DNA of 62,996 nucleotides, counting the filler, from Neolecta irregularis DAH-3 (lineage: Eukaryota): NCBI GenBank assembly GCA_001929475.1. It is 10 parts of 10 records of this genome, joined end to end, with 100 filler letters (N's around TTAATTAATTAA, not from the genome) between each part and the next. Parts side by side here need not be neighbours in the genome. Positions count along the whole stretch, not along the records: positions 24,791 to 50,128 come from LXFE01003940.1; 9 more parts are not named here. One strand, 5' to 3'. Positions 24,791-37,890 of the stretch are shown piece after piece; within the stretch, counting starts at the first letter, position 1, and every line of letters starts with the position of its first letter. A program made the translations under genes and the position numbers. The notes beneath the pieces were generated by a model that was given only the letters and a program-made list of their open reading frames with translations, had not been told where the DNA came from and made no database searches.

Positions 24791-25273
24791 TTGGAAATTG
24801 TCGCTGATTTTCGCCTCGGCGAGATGGTCAATCAGATTCGTGGTGGTTTGTCCCCCCTGTATCTAGGCCGAGTTTTAGGATCGCTGAATGATTGTACAAG
24901 TGAACGAGTCGATGTAAAAGCGGTTTACGCCGCCGCCAATGGAAGTATTGGGATCTTTGGCTTAATCAAACAAGGATTAAAACTGCAAAAAGATCTGACA
25001 AAAGTAATAACATGCATAAGCGGCCAAACTCACCAAAAGTAAGTCCTGAAACACCCCCGTCGGCATTTAGATATAGAGCATTTTCAAACGATCGGCGGAC
25101 AATGGACCAATCTCGACGATGCGTCGATGGCGATCTTATCGCGCGGTTTCCTGAACTGGATGGATCATTCTCAAATGCAACTAGTTGTCCACGGCGGAAA
25201 TGGGTGCGAGTCGCTCGATCTTTCAGTCGAAAGGGTATCCAGTCTTGTAGAAGAGCTAGTTCGTTTGCATTAA
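24791..25273 (+). CDS. DDB1: DNA damage-binding protein 1 (CPSF_A domain), 3' end only
   Basis: LEIVADFRLGEMVN, NGSIG, YRAFSN..CVDGDLIARF and terminal VSSLVEELVRLH*. One apparent frameshift near 25150. Confidence 0.8.
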
Positions 25274-25430
25274 TATGTACAATTATGGTCAGGCTACCGG
25301 TATTAAATAAATCTCCTCCATATCCTCAATATACATCCGAATTCGCCTGTCAATGATCCAAACCCTCGACCAAACAGTCTTCCCTCTCATATACACTTCA
25401 TCTCACGCCTCATAACTTCAATCTCAACTT

Positions 25431-27639
25431 CTAAACAACAAGTCCTCTTCCGTCTCCACACCAACGGTACAATTTCAACACTTCTAGTTTCCCACTCTTG
25501 GCTTCAAATTCAACTTGTTCGGTTGTAGCTTCATGTAGCGCTGTTCTCATAACTTTGCGAAAATTGCGCTAGAGTCAATATTTGACGGAAAAGGACCGAT
25601 ACTTGGTATTGTGTATCAAGAGTTACAACACAACTCTCATGAGCCCGGATGATGATTTCACACGCTTCAAGCACTGCGGGACTCGCACTCGGACCGAGTT
25701 TATCAACGATCAAAAGAATCAGAAACGAGCCTTGTAATAGGTAGATTCCGAAAAACCAAGGCATCAGCGTCAAATCCGGGTCGATTTGCAGAATATGGTT
25801 GACGGCCTATGAGGTTTGTGTGTGAAAATGGAGAAGAGGTACATGGGCGGCACTAACGGCTTGAGCGGTAGCTGTAACAAACTCTTCACTCGAGATCCAA
25901 CCGTCAGTGTCCTTTATCATTTCAATTACATCCCACTTCCCTAGGTCATCAGCTCGCCAATCCTCTTTTCCAATATACCCGAAATGAGAATATAAATGGC
26001 ATGCCAGATCTGTAAAGCATACATTCGAAAGGTGCCGTCATATCGCCAATTCTCAAGGCTAATCCGATAACTTTCCAATTTTTGCACAATCTGCACTTTT
26101 AAATGCCCTAGATCGCCAAAATTCAGGGTGATACTCTGATATATCTCATGAAGAATGACAACTTGTCCGAGAATAGACATTAGCGGCAGAAAGAACCCAA
26201 AAATATCGCTTCCGCGAACGAGAAAATAGGGTCCATGGGGATGATCAGAGGGCGGTACCGGCAGATCTTCGTTGCTGTTCCAATGGAATTCGTCGCACGG
26301 TTGATATAATCCAGCCGTTTCGACATCGGTGATCGCCATCGTCCGATTATAGCACAATGCAAGATGCCGATCCATGGCATACAGTAACCACCAAGAACGT
26401 CTTCGTTCTTCTCTCTCGTCTTGAGATATGGAATTATCGACTGTTTCACAATTAAAACGTAGTTCTCGAGCAAGAGAAATTCCACTATGAAACCAACGTA
26501 GTGATACGCCCTTGAACTCTGACGCTGCAATCATAACGCTGATTTGAATGTAGCCTCAAGAGTTAGAGCAAATATCTATTTGAGACATACAAATGACGTC
26601 GTCCAATCCGCCTCCACATATTTCATCGTGTTGCAAAGGCCTTAGGCTTATCAAACAGAGCTCAAATAGACGCTGAACCAATCGTGCCCGGGAGACGGGG
26701 GTGTTTGTGAGATAGGGGTGATTGCACGTATGAGCAGCGACGCCTACAAGTCAGCGTGAGCTTCATTCTCCATACAAAGAATAGCGAATAGCAGGGCCGG
26801 TGTCGTTCGTCGCTGAGTCCCAGGCGTTCTAGCCAAACAATTCCGTTTCCGAAGACAATGGGCGAGAACATAGGGATTTAGATCGGAAAAGTATGTTTCC
26901 AACAGATCTGACGCGACATTTGCAGGTAGGAAATGGAGTTGAGCAAGTACTGGTTCGAGAATCGGATACTTGATAGCAGGAGAAGGGGGAGCTACCCGAA
27001 TAAATGGAAATTTGTCATGGGGATATACTCATCAGTGTATAGTCAGAAGCCGGTTCGCCCAAGCCTGGGATACCAGACATGAAAGGAGAAACATTGGAAA
27101 TATGATGGTGCTCTAGGTAGGTTGGCGAAGCTGTCGATGTTCTCGAGCTAGTAGGACTCGCGGTATGTGGATGGATATGCAGGGGTTGGCCAACAGAGGG
27201 AACAGATCGCGGGTGAGGACAAATGATGGGAGAGATTGCTGTTGGGGACAAGATAGAGTCTTTGCGAGACGCCTTTCCGCGTTTCTTTCGAAGTCTTCTG
27301 TATTCACAAGTGAGATGGCAATCTATTTAATAAGCAGATGTTGAACGAAGCACCAAAGTGTCGGATTGGAGAATACAGGACACGCGGACCGCGTAGACGA
27401 TTAATAGTCTTGTTCGGCTCGAATGTCGCCGACTTAAGCTATGTATTCTGCCTAAACGCAGAGGAGAACCTCGTAATTTCTCGGAAAAGGAATAAGATCG
27501 ACATACCCTTGCAATGCGCACAAGGCTGCATCCCATCACACCTTGTGCGGAGCTGGTTACACTGATCACAAGCCCGGCTGATTCTCCGCCTTACAGAACT
27601 CGGCTGGTGCTGAGCCTGATACGACAGATTGTCCGGCAT
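25431..27639 (-). CDS. xlnR: Zn2Cys6 transcription factor of the XlnR/Xyr1/AraR family
   Basis: [115 protein letters not shown]. Confidence 0.9.
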
Positions 27640-28597
27640 TATGTAACCTGGTCTGTGAATTAAATGTCGCGGTAGTGACTTGAATGAAATCTAGTTTTCT
27701 AATCGAGCGATGCGAGGCAGAAAATTAAGAGAAGATGTGAGACATGCCAAGATGGAAATGAACTGGGCCCTGCTGAGCCTGTTCACGAGACATATTCAGT
27801 TTTGAAAGCGGTTTCCCCTGGCTCTCCCACAAATACTAATACACTTATTAGGTCACGGCGATAAGACGATTAGCAAGTTGGTTTGTCTTTTTATTTAGAA
27901 CGTCGCTTTAGGAAGCCTGGGATGGCACAAACATTGAGCAAGCCAGAAAATATTCATGCCTCTCATGAATAACCCCTGTCTCAGGCGGCGAGCGAGAGAG
28001 AGATGGAACACAAGTTCAGGAAAATTGATGACTCAAGTGGATCAAATTTTGCCCAAGGTAAGACATAAGTTTAAGGCTTTTTTCCCTCCAAAGATTATCA
28101 TCATGACAACCGTCAGTAGAAAATACGGTCGCTCAGAAGAAATAAATAAATTTCTTATAACAATCAGGAAGAGAGGCCCTGTTTGAAAAGAATGGCCGTA
28201 GACAGATGGTCCAAGATTGAATTTCAGAAAGTCAAATCTACCACGATCCAGAGAGTCAAGGACAAACTCGAATTAGTCCATCGCCAAATCGATTACGAGA
28301 ATGGGCACCAAACAGGTTACGGGACCCCTCTCTCGTGCCTGAGAAGAAAGGGGGGTTGTCCATGCGATTCATTAAAGGTGGTTGATCAAAGGCAATAAGT
28401 AGGTGAATTTCACGAAGTGAAAAGGTAAAGCTTCATGACTTTTCCCAATGATCAGATAAAATTTTGCATGCAGGGCAAAGAGTGTTATTCGTGGGTGTTT
28501 GTTGAAAATGCATACACCGCGGGGACATTACCGTTTCATTGTAACTGATTTGCTTTCAATATGATATGCTCAACTCAGGGTCTTCTGGAAACATCCT

Positions 28598-28683
28598 GCT
28601 CTAATGGCGCAATGGCTAGCGCGTGGGATTGCAGTGTCACGACTATTATCCCAAGGTTGCTTGTTCGAGTCAGGCTTAGAGCT
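28598..28683 (+). tRNA. tRNA-Cys (GCA) with 13-nt intron (28635-28647)
   Basis: Acceptor stem GCTCTAA/TTAGAGC, D arm TGGCGCAATGGCTAGCGC, anticodon stem TGGGA/TCCCA with GCA at 28631, T-loop GTTCGAGT, discriminator T. Confidence 0.93.
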
Positions 28684-28818
28684 AATATTTTACTTTTGTT
28701 CATCGGTCACTCTTGAAAAGATAACTTTAACAAATTCTCTTCAATAGCGGGATCGATCATAAGCGAAGGCGAAGTTCCGATCAAAACAGCTCAATTTTCA
28801 ACCCCATACTCTTTCTAA

Positions 28819-29716
28819 ATGACAGGTTTGTTCATTCCCGATTCGCCACCCAACGACGACGATGCCAAAATGGATTCCAAAGATATCCTAGATGAAATTG
28901 ATGAGTCGAACCATCCCGACGAACAGCCCACAGCTCAACCTAATAACTTGGATGCTGGTGATCCTGTCATAAAATCTTACAATATCCACATAACATCCCG
29001 TCTATCGCCATTTCTATACCTCCTCCAATATCCTACGCGGAATGCTCAGCGTCCATACCCAAATCCCATTTCGACAAAATATAAACCGAAAACGAAAATA
29101 CTGCAGCTCGAAATTCCAATCGATACAACACACCACTACGACTCTGAAAAAGCGGAAAAATTTCAAGGTGATGGGGAGCACGGTAAATTTGACAGATTTC
29201 GGATTGAAGGAAACATGACTAGCGGGAAGGCAGGATATGCAGTTGGAGTAATTCGGGGAGGTACACTCGATTTTCGCTTAGAATACAATTACCCTATAGA
29301 CAAACTACATCTTACACCCCTTTCTGGGACAGCTATACTGAGACCGACATTTGACTACCTTACACCCCCGAAAGAGCCAAAGAAGGACGAACTGAAGACT
29401 CCTGGTCAAGCGAAAGCTATACAGGTGCATTCATTTCATCGAGTTCTTTCATCTGAGATCCTAGATTTCCGCCAAAAGCAGCACTCAACAAGATCCTTCA
29501 CCCTTGCTAATATTGAGAGTCGCAGAGGAAGAGGAATGGCAGCGACTAGAATGGTGCGATGACAGAGTGCGTCACCCTCATTCTATGGGCTTGACAGTAC
29601 AGAGTGAACAAACTGGAACAGTTTGTCAGCATCTGTATTCAACAAACTCTAACGAATTGCGTCCAGTGCAGAATTCGCGGAAGGAGTACCTCAAACGACT
29701 CGCGAGTGGTTCATGA
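28819..29716 (+). CDS. RPC37: RNA polymerase III subunit Rpc5/Rpc37 (SIN-like)
   Basis: DPVIKSYNIHIT, LYLLQYPTR, KPKTKILQLEIPID, YAVGVIRG, LHLTPLSGTAILRPTFDYL, AEEEEW. Confidence 0.88.
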
Positions 29717-30311
29717 ATCTGCATTCAATGTTTTGATATTACGCTTCAAAACAGGCTCTATACCTTATACTACAGCTGTAGCATATTACATGCCATATTA
29801 TATTCACAATGGGCTTGTCATTGACGAATGGCGAAACATCACAACTACATATTCTGCTCCGTATTCCATTGAACAGGAATCCTCTGGTCGATTCTATATT
29901 CAATTTGCATCCTTATATGTTGATAGTGAGACCGAATTCACAGAAATAGATAGACCACCAAAGGGATGCTACACGCACTCGGGAACCTCTCCTGGGATCA
30001 CGCGACCCGACGATTCGCCGTAGTTCACAGCTCCATTACAGTATTGTTCAAGAGAGCAGTGTCACAAGGTGGATAGCTTTCTTCTGGGGTAGTGGGACTC
30101 GGAGCAGCTGGAGAAGAGTTAGAACAGTTGCAGAAGGTAGGGATGCTGAATGCAGACCTGCCCAGACTCGCTGGAGAGGTTCTCAACTGAATAGTTACTT
30201 TCCCTCCAGTAGCGTCCGCTGTTCATATTGTGACAAAAAACTCAACGATTATACCTAACCCGCAGCATATAGCACTCACAGATGCCACAAAACTACATCT
30301 CTAATATCCTA

Positions 30312-32306
30312 TTATGCAAATAGGACCCAGAAAGCAAGTGAAAATATACAAAACACAGTAGACATTGACAAAGAGCTGTATCCTTTTGAGTGACTATTCG
30401 TCAGGGGACTGGTAGCATTCAGTGTAAATGTCTCCCCAAGAGGTGTCGCTGTCGCAGCAATAATACTCCGCGTTTGAACCCCAGTCGACATCGCACTCAC
30501 AGCCATAGAACTCGAACCCCTGAGTTGTAAAATCTTCTCACTAGCAAGTTCCGCAACAGCCATAATAGCCATCTGCGGGTTCACGCTCAACAGTCCCGGC
30601 ACAACACTCCCATCCACTACAAACAAATTATCGGTTCCTATAACTCTAGTGTTTGTATCAACCACTGTACCCAGTGAGCACGAACCACCCCAGTGATTCG
30701 TCTGGCCGGCATTAGACGTAATCCACTCAGTAATCTGCGTGATCGTGCTGGTAGAATCCAGGTTGAGACAATTTATGCCAGAACCAGAGGCCGCGGCGAG
30801 TAGTTTCTGAATATACCCCGCAACATCAGTAGCATCGAGACCAGCGGGATCTGAATATAGCGTACCCGCTTGAAATGGGCGGAAGAGAGAATCAAGAGTT
30901 ACCTTTCCTCGGGATCGCAAACCGCTCGTCCCATATACCCTAATCTCAAACTGCCCTTTGACACTGGAAGGAGCCACCGTCCCTTGAAACTAGCTCGTCA
31001 TACACGCCAATCGCGGAAGAGAGATGTACAGCCACAGTGCGGTTATCGCTGGATACTACAGAGTCGAATAATACCATGGTTTCTCCCGGATAAGCGTACG
31101 GTCCACTTCGCTTTGACAGGTACAATTTCTCATCGCTTACGATCGGTTGTTCATACGAATATGTATATGGCTGTACCGCGTCACTTTCAAACACAAGAAG
31201 CGTATCCGGATTATCGTAAAGATTCTCACCAACGGCTTCATTAATAATCCAATCCATCCTATCGGCACTGATCTTTCCCGCCCCTGCCAAGTTTCCCAAT
31301 TGTGTCTCAGGGCCAATGGCCGAAGCCATCAAGAGCTGAGGGGAAAACAAGGCTCCTCCAGAGAATACTAGCAACCCCCGGTCATTGAGGACGATAGTCC
31401 TTGTAGTGCTGTTGTATGAGACGACGATCGAAGAGATTTTAGGACCCACACGAGTTGCGTTAACGACTGTAGCACCGGAAACGAGTGCGAAATTGGACCT
31501 CGAGAGGGCAGATTGAAGATAAGTTTTAACAGGTCCCCCTCTCTGTCCTCCTTCATAATCGAAAATTGTCCGTCCGTAAGCCTAAAACCAGAGTAAGACT
31601 TCACTTGGCGGTCATTTAGAGAACAAACCTTTTTCTTATTATTGTACTCGCTGTTCAATTGGTATTTTACGTAACCGGCCTTGTGCAAAAATTCCGACGT
31701 CACATTATACGTCGAGTTAAGATATACTTTCCCATCAGCACTAGGAATACTAGTTCCTAAAATTCTGGTCTGCAATTTGTGAAAGGCAGAGGAAAAAGAA
31801 TCAGCGTGCCACCCCTCGGGGAACGTCACGTCAAAATCCGAGTCTGGGGGTCTAATCAATATCAGCCGGAAATAACAAATCCACAAAATAAGGTACCGAA
31901 AGTATAGGCCAGCGTTAATAGCAGATCCCCCTCCAATAGTACACCCGCCAAATGCGTTATACCGGTTTCCGCAGAGGAGAGGACTGGAGCTGGAGCTGAA
32001 AATAGAGGAATACAATCCAGGGACGTCAACCCGTGATAGGTTTGTATTGGTCAGCCAAGACGGTCGTTCAAGCCTTCCAGCAATCCAATACGAAGGGCCG
32101 CCTGATTCCAGCATTAACGTGCTCAACCCCACCTCAGAAAGCCGATCCGCGACTAACGGGTCAATGTTTCTCGACCTACAAGAAATATGGCTACCAATGA
32201 TACCTGCGGGTCCAGATCCAACGACTATAGCGTCCCACTGCCGCGTCGTCCAGTCCGCTAGTACCACCGAGGCCAAGAAAACAGTGATTATAGACTGCAT
32301 TTTCAT
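30312..32306 (-). CDS. Secreted GMC oxidoreductase, cellobiose dehydrogenase flavin-domain type (AA3_1), with no cytochrome domain and a putative GPI tail
   Basis: Signal peptide, FAD motif IVVGSGPAG, LSRVDVPGL, GCTIGGGSAINAGLYF, catalytic TNHWGGS and VNPQ, S/T-rich linker and hydrophobic C-terminus. Confidence 0.88.
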
Positions 32307-33167
32307 TGAGGATTCAGTGTCACCGGATTCGAGCAGCTGTTTCAAGAGATCTGAGACTTCCCTTATATAGCAACGGCTTTATCCGCTTAGGATAATATAG
32401 ACCACTAGCCGACTCATGGACAGTAAATTTTACCGAGACCATTCGGAATTGGATGATGTGTGAGAACGAGTTGATGGCATTAGGACCTTCCTCAACTCTT
32501 AGTTGTGCTCTTCCAAGATCAAGGAACTTCGCTGCATCCCCAATTTGCTCCTCTCTCTTCCTGTATTTTCTTCTAAAATTCACTTTTCAATATTCTATCA
32601 CACATGTGACATGCCTGTTTCTCATATCTTGTATCACCCTGCAATTTACCGCTGGCGATCTCTATCCTCGGCAACTTTCAAAACAAGTTACTATAGATAG
32701 TCTGTGTTTGTAATAATGATTGGATCCGTGTCCCCAGAGCGTTATTTACGCTTAAAAAAGGGTTGAGGCCGATGTGATCCTTCTTCTTTCTGGTAGTGCT
32801 GTCGCCATTCGTTAGCAACAGTGGTCTCTCCAGTATAAGACAGTAGTTGGAAGACTGACTGGTGCAATTCCTTTAAAGAATAAACAAGCAAGAGAATCCT
32901 TTTGCGACGGATTTCGATACTAGACTTCTTCCTCTCTATTAACTAACAGATGATATTATAGAATCCTCTTAGACTGGGTTTTATGGGTATACGAAACTCA
33001 AAAAGTTTGAGTTACGACTATAGAGCGACATTTTTCTCGCAAATTTAACGCGAATTTGAAGCGTGAACATCAATTGAGGTAGTTTGGGGAAAATGAGTGG
33101 AAAACTTTGGGCTTAACCAATAACACACCAAGCACTTGAATACTAAAAATAAGCCCCGACAACTACA

Positions 33168-33668
33168 ATGTCTGATATCATCCTCCTGGACGAAACATTT
33201 TACGTGAATAAGATAGATACGTCACGCTATGATAGAGGTGGGTTTTTTCTCTAAGCCTGATTATTGACTTTGCCAAGTTTCCCGGATCGAAGGAAAATCA
33301 CAAGCGGGCGATCTCCAAATTACTCTTGACGTCAACACTCAAATCTATCCACTTGAGAATGACGACACTATTTTTCTACAGATTGTGACGACTTTAAATC
33401 CCGATGGCAGCGATTCGAAAACTTGGAGAGCACAGAAATCAGGTGAAAGAAGTTTAGCAGATGACTGGGAATATGTTTGCTATGGGAAAATATACAGATT
33501 CGACGAGGGAAAGGATGATAAAGTGTATGTTCAACCAGACAAAAATCATCTTATAGATTTAGTGAGGTATATATTTCCTTTGGAGGATTACTATTACGGT
33601 TTGAAGGAAGCTATCGAAAACTGAGCAAATTGAGCCATGAAAATGTCTACCTCTTGATCCGGAAATAG
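33168..33668 (+). CDS. RPB8: RNA polymerases I/II/III shared subunit Rpb8
   Basis: SRYDRVSRI, LDVNTQIYPL, SLADDWEYVCYGKIYRF, YISFGGLLL, VYLLIRK*. Confidence 0.95.
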
Positions 33669-33773
33669 ATCCAAAGTTTTTATAGGGCGTCTGTATATTA
33701 TTTGGTGTAAAATTCAACATTATCGCTTCAACTCGTTATCTTCTTTTCGTGACTCAAACCTCTTCGACTTGAA

Positions 33774-34936
33774 ATGACATCAACACTAGCATCTGGTATC
33801 GTCCATCTAGGCAGAGGCGAATTTGATATCCTACGGACATATACTGATATCCTAAAGAGAGATGAAGTGTCTTTTTTTATTTAAACCGTGTTGAATGAAA
33901 GGAAATCACTATGCCGCTTGCCACAATCGAAGCACTTGTATCTCTCCTCGAGTCTTCAAACGCTACGACGATGTCTGAATTTACAGACATAATTCAGCGT
34001 GGAATACAGGTTCTAAAAGGTGCCGTGAACAATAGAATCTCAGTTGCTGCGGGTTGTGATCTATTTCAAAGCAGTGTGACAAGAGAAGTGAATGGCGGGA
34101 AGGCATAGCATGCCCTTCAATGTCTTGTACTGACAAATTTAGGATTTTGATGTATGTAAACGAAGTTTAATATCCAACGCAAAACTATTTTCTTCACAAG
34201 CCAGACAATGCCGTTCTAAAATATCTCGGATTGGTAAAAACATCATTAAAGATAACTCCGTATACTTCCCTTTATAATCGACCTAACTCAGACAATCTTA
34301 ATTCATTCCTTCTCCCGAGTAGTAACAGCAATTCTCCTTCACGCTGCCTCCCAAAACACCCGATTCAAAGTTTTCGTGACAGAAGGACGGCCGACAAACG
34401 GCGGGAAAAAAGCATGCCAAAAATTAAACGAAATGAAAATACCTACTTGTATGATCCTTGATGCAGCAGTGGGATATGTTATGGGAATGGTTGATTTAGT
34501 TCTTGTAGGGGCAGAAGGTGTAGTTGAGTCTGGTGGGTTGATTAATCAGGTATATTGAAGTCTTCGAGTTGCGATTGATAATGTAGCTTGGGGCATATCA
34601 GCTTTCAGTACTGGCCAGGACCTGCCACAAACCTTTCTACGCAGCCGCTGAGAGGTATTTGCTATATCATTCAACTTTTCCTAATACTGGAGTCACAAAT
34701 TCATCCGTTTATTCCCACTTTCGCAATATGATCTTCCGACCGCCCACTTAATACTGAAATTTTCTACGGACTATCAGTCGAAAGACGGGAGTGCACCAAA
34801 CCCCGGATCCATAGATTCACTGGACAATCCCGCACTAGACTATACCCCACCAGAGTATATTTCAGGATTAATCACTGATCTAGGAGTATTAACTCCGAGC
34901 GCGGTCAGTGAGGAATTGATCAGAAGATATCTATGA
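33774..34936 (+). CDS. GCN3: Translation initiation factor eIF2B alpha subunit
   Basis: [83 protein letters not shown]. Confidence 0.95.
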
Positions 34937-35211
34937 CATCTTCTTGCATGTTTGTTTCCTCGGGTATTGAAAGTTAAAAAAATCATGACAATGAAAGTAT
35001 CCAATAATCTAGGTGAATAGTGTTAGAAGTATGATACGGATCTTACGTTCATCAAAGAACCGAGAAAGGATATTATATATAATGAATCGGGTCTAAGATT
35101 TACTCTATACAACTACGACACAGAATAAGGCGCCAATCTTGATTTACTGGAGCAATACCAGCTCCCTGAGTCATATTTAACCCAAACTGAAAACTTCAAA
35201 ACGATAGTGGA

Positions 35212-36346
35212 CTATCCAGGAGAGAGACCTTTCCCTTTCGTGTCTTCTTCAGCTAGAATCCTAACGACAACTTTCGGAGTAGTTATCTTAGGGCCTCCTT
35301 CGAGATCCTCATCGCTGCTCAACCCATATGCTAATAAGCGACCATCATGACTATATCCTAACGCAGCTATGGAAATGTCAAAGTTCGCAAGCTGTCTCAT
35401 TCGTTTTCTGGCAACATAATCCCATACTGAAACTGTCCCGTCCCCACCGCCAGAGAGAAATGTATGAAATCTAGCATCAACAGGTGACATGGAGGCTAGC
35501 ATACTTGGGATGGAAGGCAATTGCATTAACAGGGTACACGATATCCTGCTCTCCAGCCGTCTGTCGATGACATTTAAATGCGTATTTCTTAGCTTGAACA
35601 TCTGGGCTCGGATCAAAAAATTCCACAGCAACTCGTCCCTCCACTGATGTCGAGATATATCCTACCCGTCGATTCTGACCCAAAAGGAAATAATACCCTC
35701 ACCATTGGGCATACATTCGATTGTCCTTGTCATGAACTTGAGGCTACTTTCTCGTTTTTGTAAAGGCATTTTGAAATTTCGAGTATCAAAAATATAAACT
35801 TTTCTATTCGCCATTCCGACTATCACTTTCGTGTTTACTGTTGCCATCGTGTAGACCTTTTCAGGAAGACAAATATCCCCTGCTGAGTTTCCGGATTTGC
35901 TGTCGTATAATTTCAAAGACTTATCCCATGAACCTGAGATGAGAAGGGCTAGTCGTCAATGTGGGAAAAATATGGGAAGGCATACACGAGTCTGAATTAT
36001 ATAGTACTCGACGAACAGCATCATCATGTAATCCTACCGTCGATTCGTTGCCAGCATGCAGATCGAACCTAATTCTCAACATTAGCAGGAAAAAGGATTA
36101 CAATCCAATCCGTCCATCCAGACCAGCTGTGAATGCGTGGTTCCCATCGGAAAAACAACAGTCAAGTATGGCAGAGCGGTGATGATAGGTAGCGCTAAGT
36201 TGAGATTCTCGGGAGTCAGGATCAATCTGGTATAACCGCAACAAGGAATCCCACGATGAGACAAGAAGACTTGTTGCCTCTGAAGGAGAAAAGCGAAGGG
36301 AGGATATATTGTCGTCTGGAGGAGATATTAATTCAAATTCAGACAT
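35212..36346 (-). CDS. BUB3: Spindle checkpoint WD40 protein Bub3
   Basis: [67 protein letters not shown]. Confidence 0.95.
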
Positions 36347-36697
36347 TCTGGCCTCTAGCTTGGCAAACTCGGCGTTTATTCACAGTTCATTTTGACGACA
36401 GAGGTGGGTTGCCCACGTGATGGCGAGAAGCCAAATAAAAGAAATCGACGAGCAAACCGATCAATGTTTTGTCTATACGAGGCTTGCTATAGCTTGTAGA
36501 ACTAGATGCAGGCTCTATTTATTTCTTGAACTATATTTGATAGAGCTGGCACAGGATTTCCCAGATCATTTAAACAGTACAAAAAAGATATCTCACTGAC
36601 AAACCATACTAATTCCAACGGCCAAACAATAATCAAAATATTCACACACTGATTTGGCCAGAGTGATGTCGAGCAAATTTACAATCCCAATTCAAAA

Positions 36698-37839
36698 TCA
36701 TTCAGCATACACATCCCAAAAACTGATTCTTCCCTCTTTTCCACCGAGAAGAATCCCCGCTTTTCCCCAAAATGCAGCCTTACAACCGTCATGCGGGAGT
36801 TTTAGTACAGCAAGCATTTCGCCTGTTTCACAGTGATACACCCGTCCTGTTCCATCCCATCCTGCACTTACGAGCAGCTTTTCGTCTCCTCGGCATGACA
36901 GAGACTCCTGACCCAAACGTTTTGTATTTATTGCACGCGGTGGGTGAGACAGAGAATGAATCGTAAGAAATGAATCAGCAGAAGATGTCACAAATATCGT
37001 TGATAGTGGAAGAACTGAAAGGACTATCATCCGATTAAAGGGTAAAGCAAAGAAGAGGTTACCAGGTTGTTGGTGGCCTTTCTCGGCGTATATAATGCTC
37101 CAGTTTTCTTGGATATATTCGAATATTATGACAGCCCCGCTTTCGTAGCCAGCATAAATTCTCCAAGTGTTGTTCTGCAGTTGCAAAGAGATACACATGA
37201 CCAACCCTTCTTGTCAGTCTCCAAAGGCTGCAGGGGAGGATGCTACCGTTCGGTGTATCTGACTTGATCTTCCCATGAACAAGTTGGTTGTCAGGAATCA
37301 TCCATATATCAATTTCCTCTGATTTAGCTGATGGTATCGCAACATACATTTTTTCATCTGATATCAAAATCACTCCAGAAATATGACTAACCGAGCATGA
37401 ATTTTGAGAATCCGCAGTAATTTAAGGCATTTACATCGAGAGCGCCAATTATCCAGGGCTTTTTATTATCTCTTCCTTCTACTGGGTAGTCGACATTTGC
37501 ATTCAAATAGTTAATTTTCCAGACAAATAGTTTATGGTCTCGACCATGTCTGTGATTAGTCTTCAATACGTGGAGACAAGTACGAAATAATCCTATCTTG
37601 ATCCCAGAAATCCGCATTTAAAATAGTGTTGTCATGGGCTTTCCATACTATCCTTGGTCGCATACTGGTAATAGCCCATACGATTATCCAACCATCCGCA
37701 TCGCTGATCTTAGAAAAAGATAAAGGATGGTGGCGATTTACGAAGAAAGAACATTGTCGGAGAAGATGGTTAGCGAGGTGACTGAAGATGAATGGCCGCG
37801 AAAAACATACTTTGGATGGGGAGGGCGAAGAGATGTCAT
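36698..37839 (-). CDS. ASA1: ASTRA-associated WD40 protein Asa1 (GNB1L-like)
   Basis: PHPKYVFRGH, DADGWIIVW..MRP..VWKAH, HGRDHKLFVW, LDVNALNYCGFS, AGYESG, SAGWDGTGRVY, GGKEGRISFW. Confidence 0.88.
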
Positions 37840-37890
37840 AGCGATGGACTAATTGACACATAATAATCACAATGTTCAATGTCAAAAGTA

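Noticed and set aside
29800..30220. Small minus-strand spliced gene between RPC37 and CDH
   Set aside because: One plausible intron, but no frame gave a recognisable or coherent protein.
17236..32306. A single tyrosinase-XlnR-CDH gene cluster
   Set aside because: A contig linker at 24691-24790 separates the tyrosinases from xlnR and CDH, so adjacency is not established.
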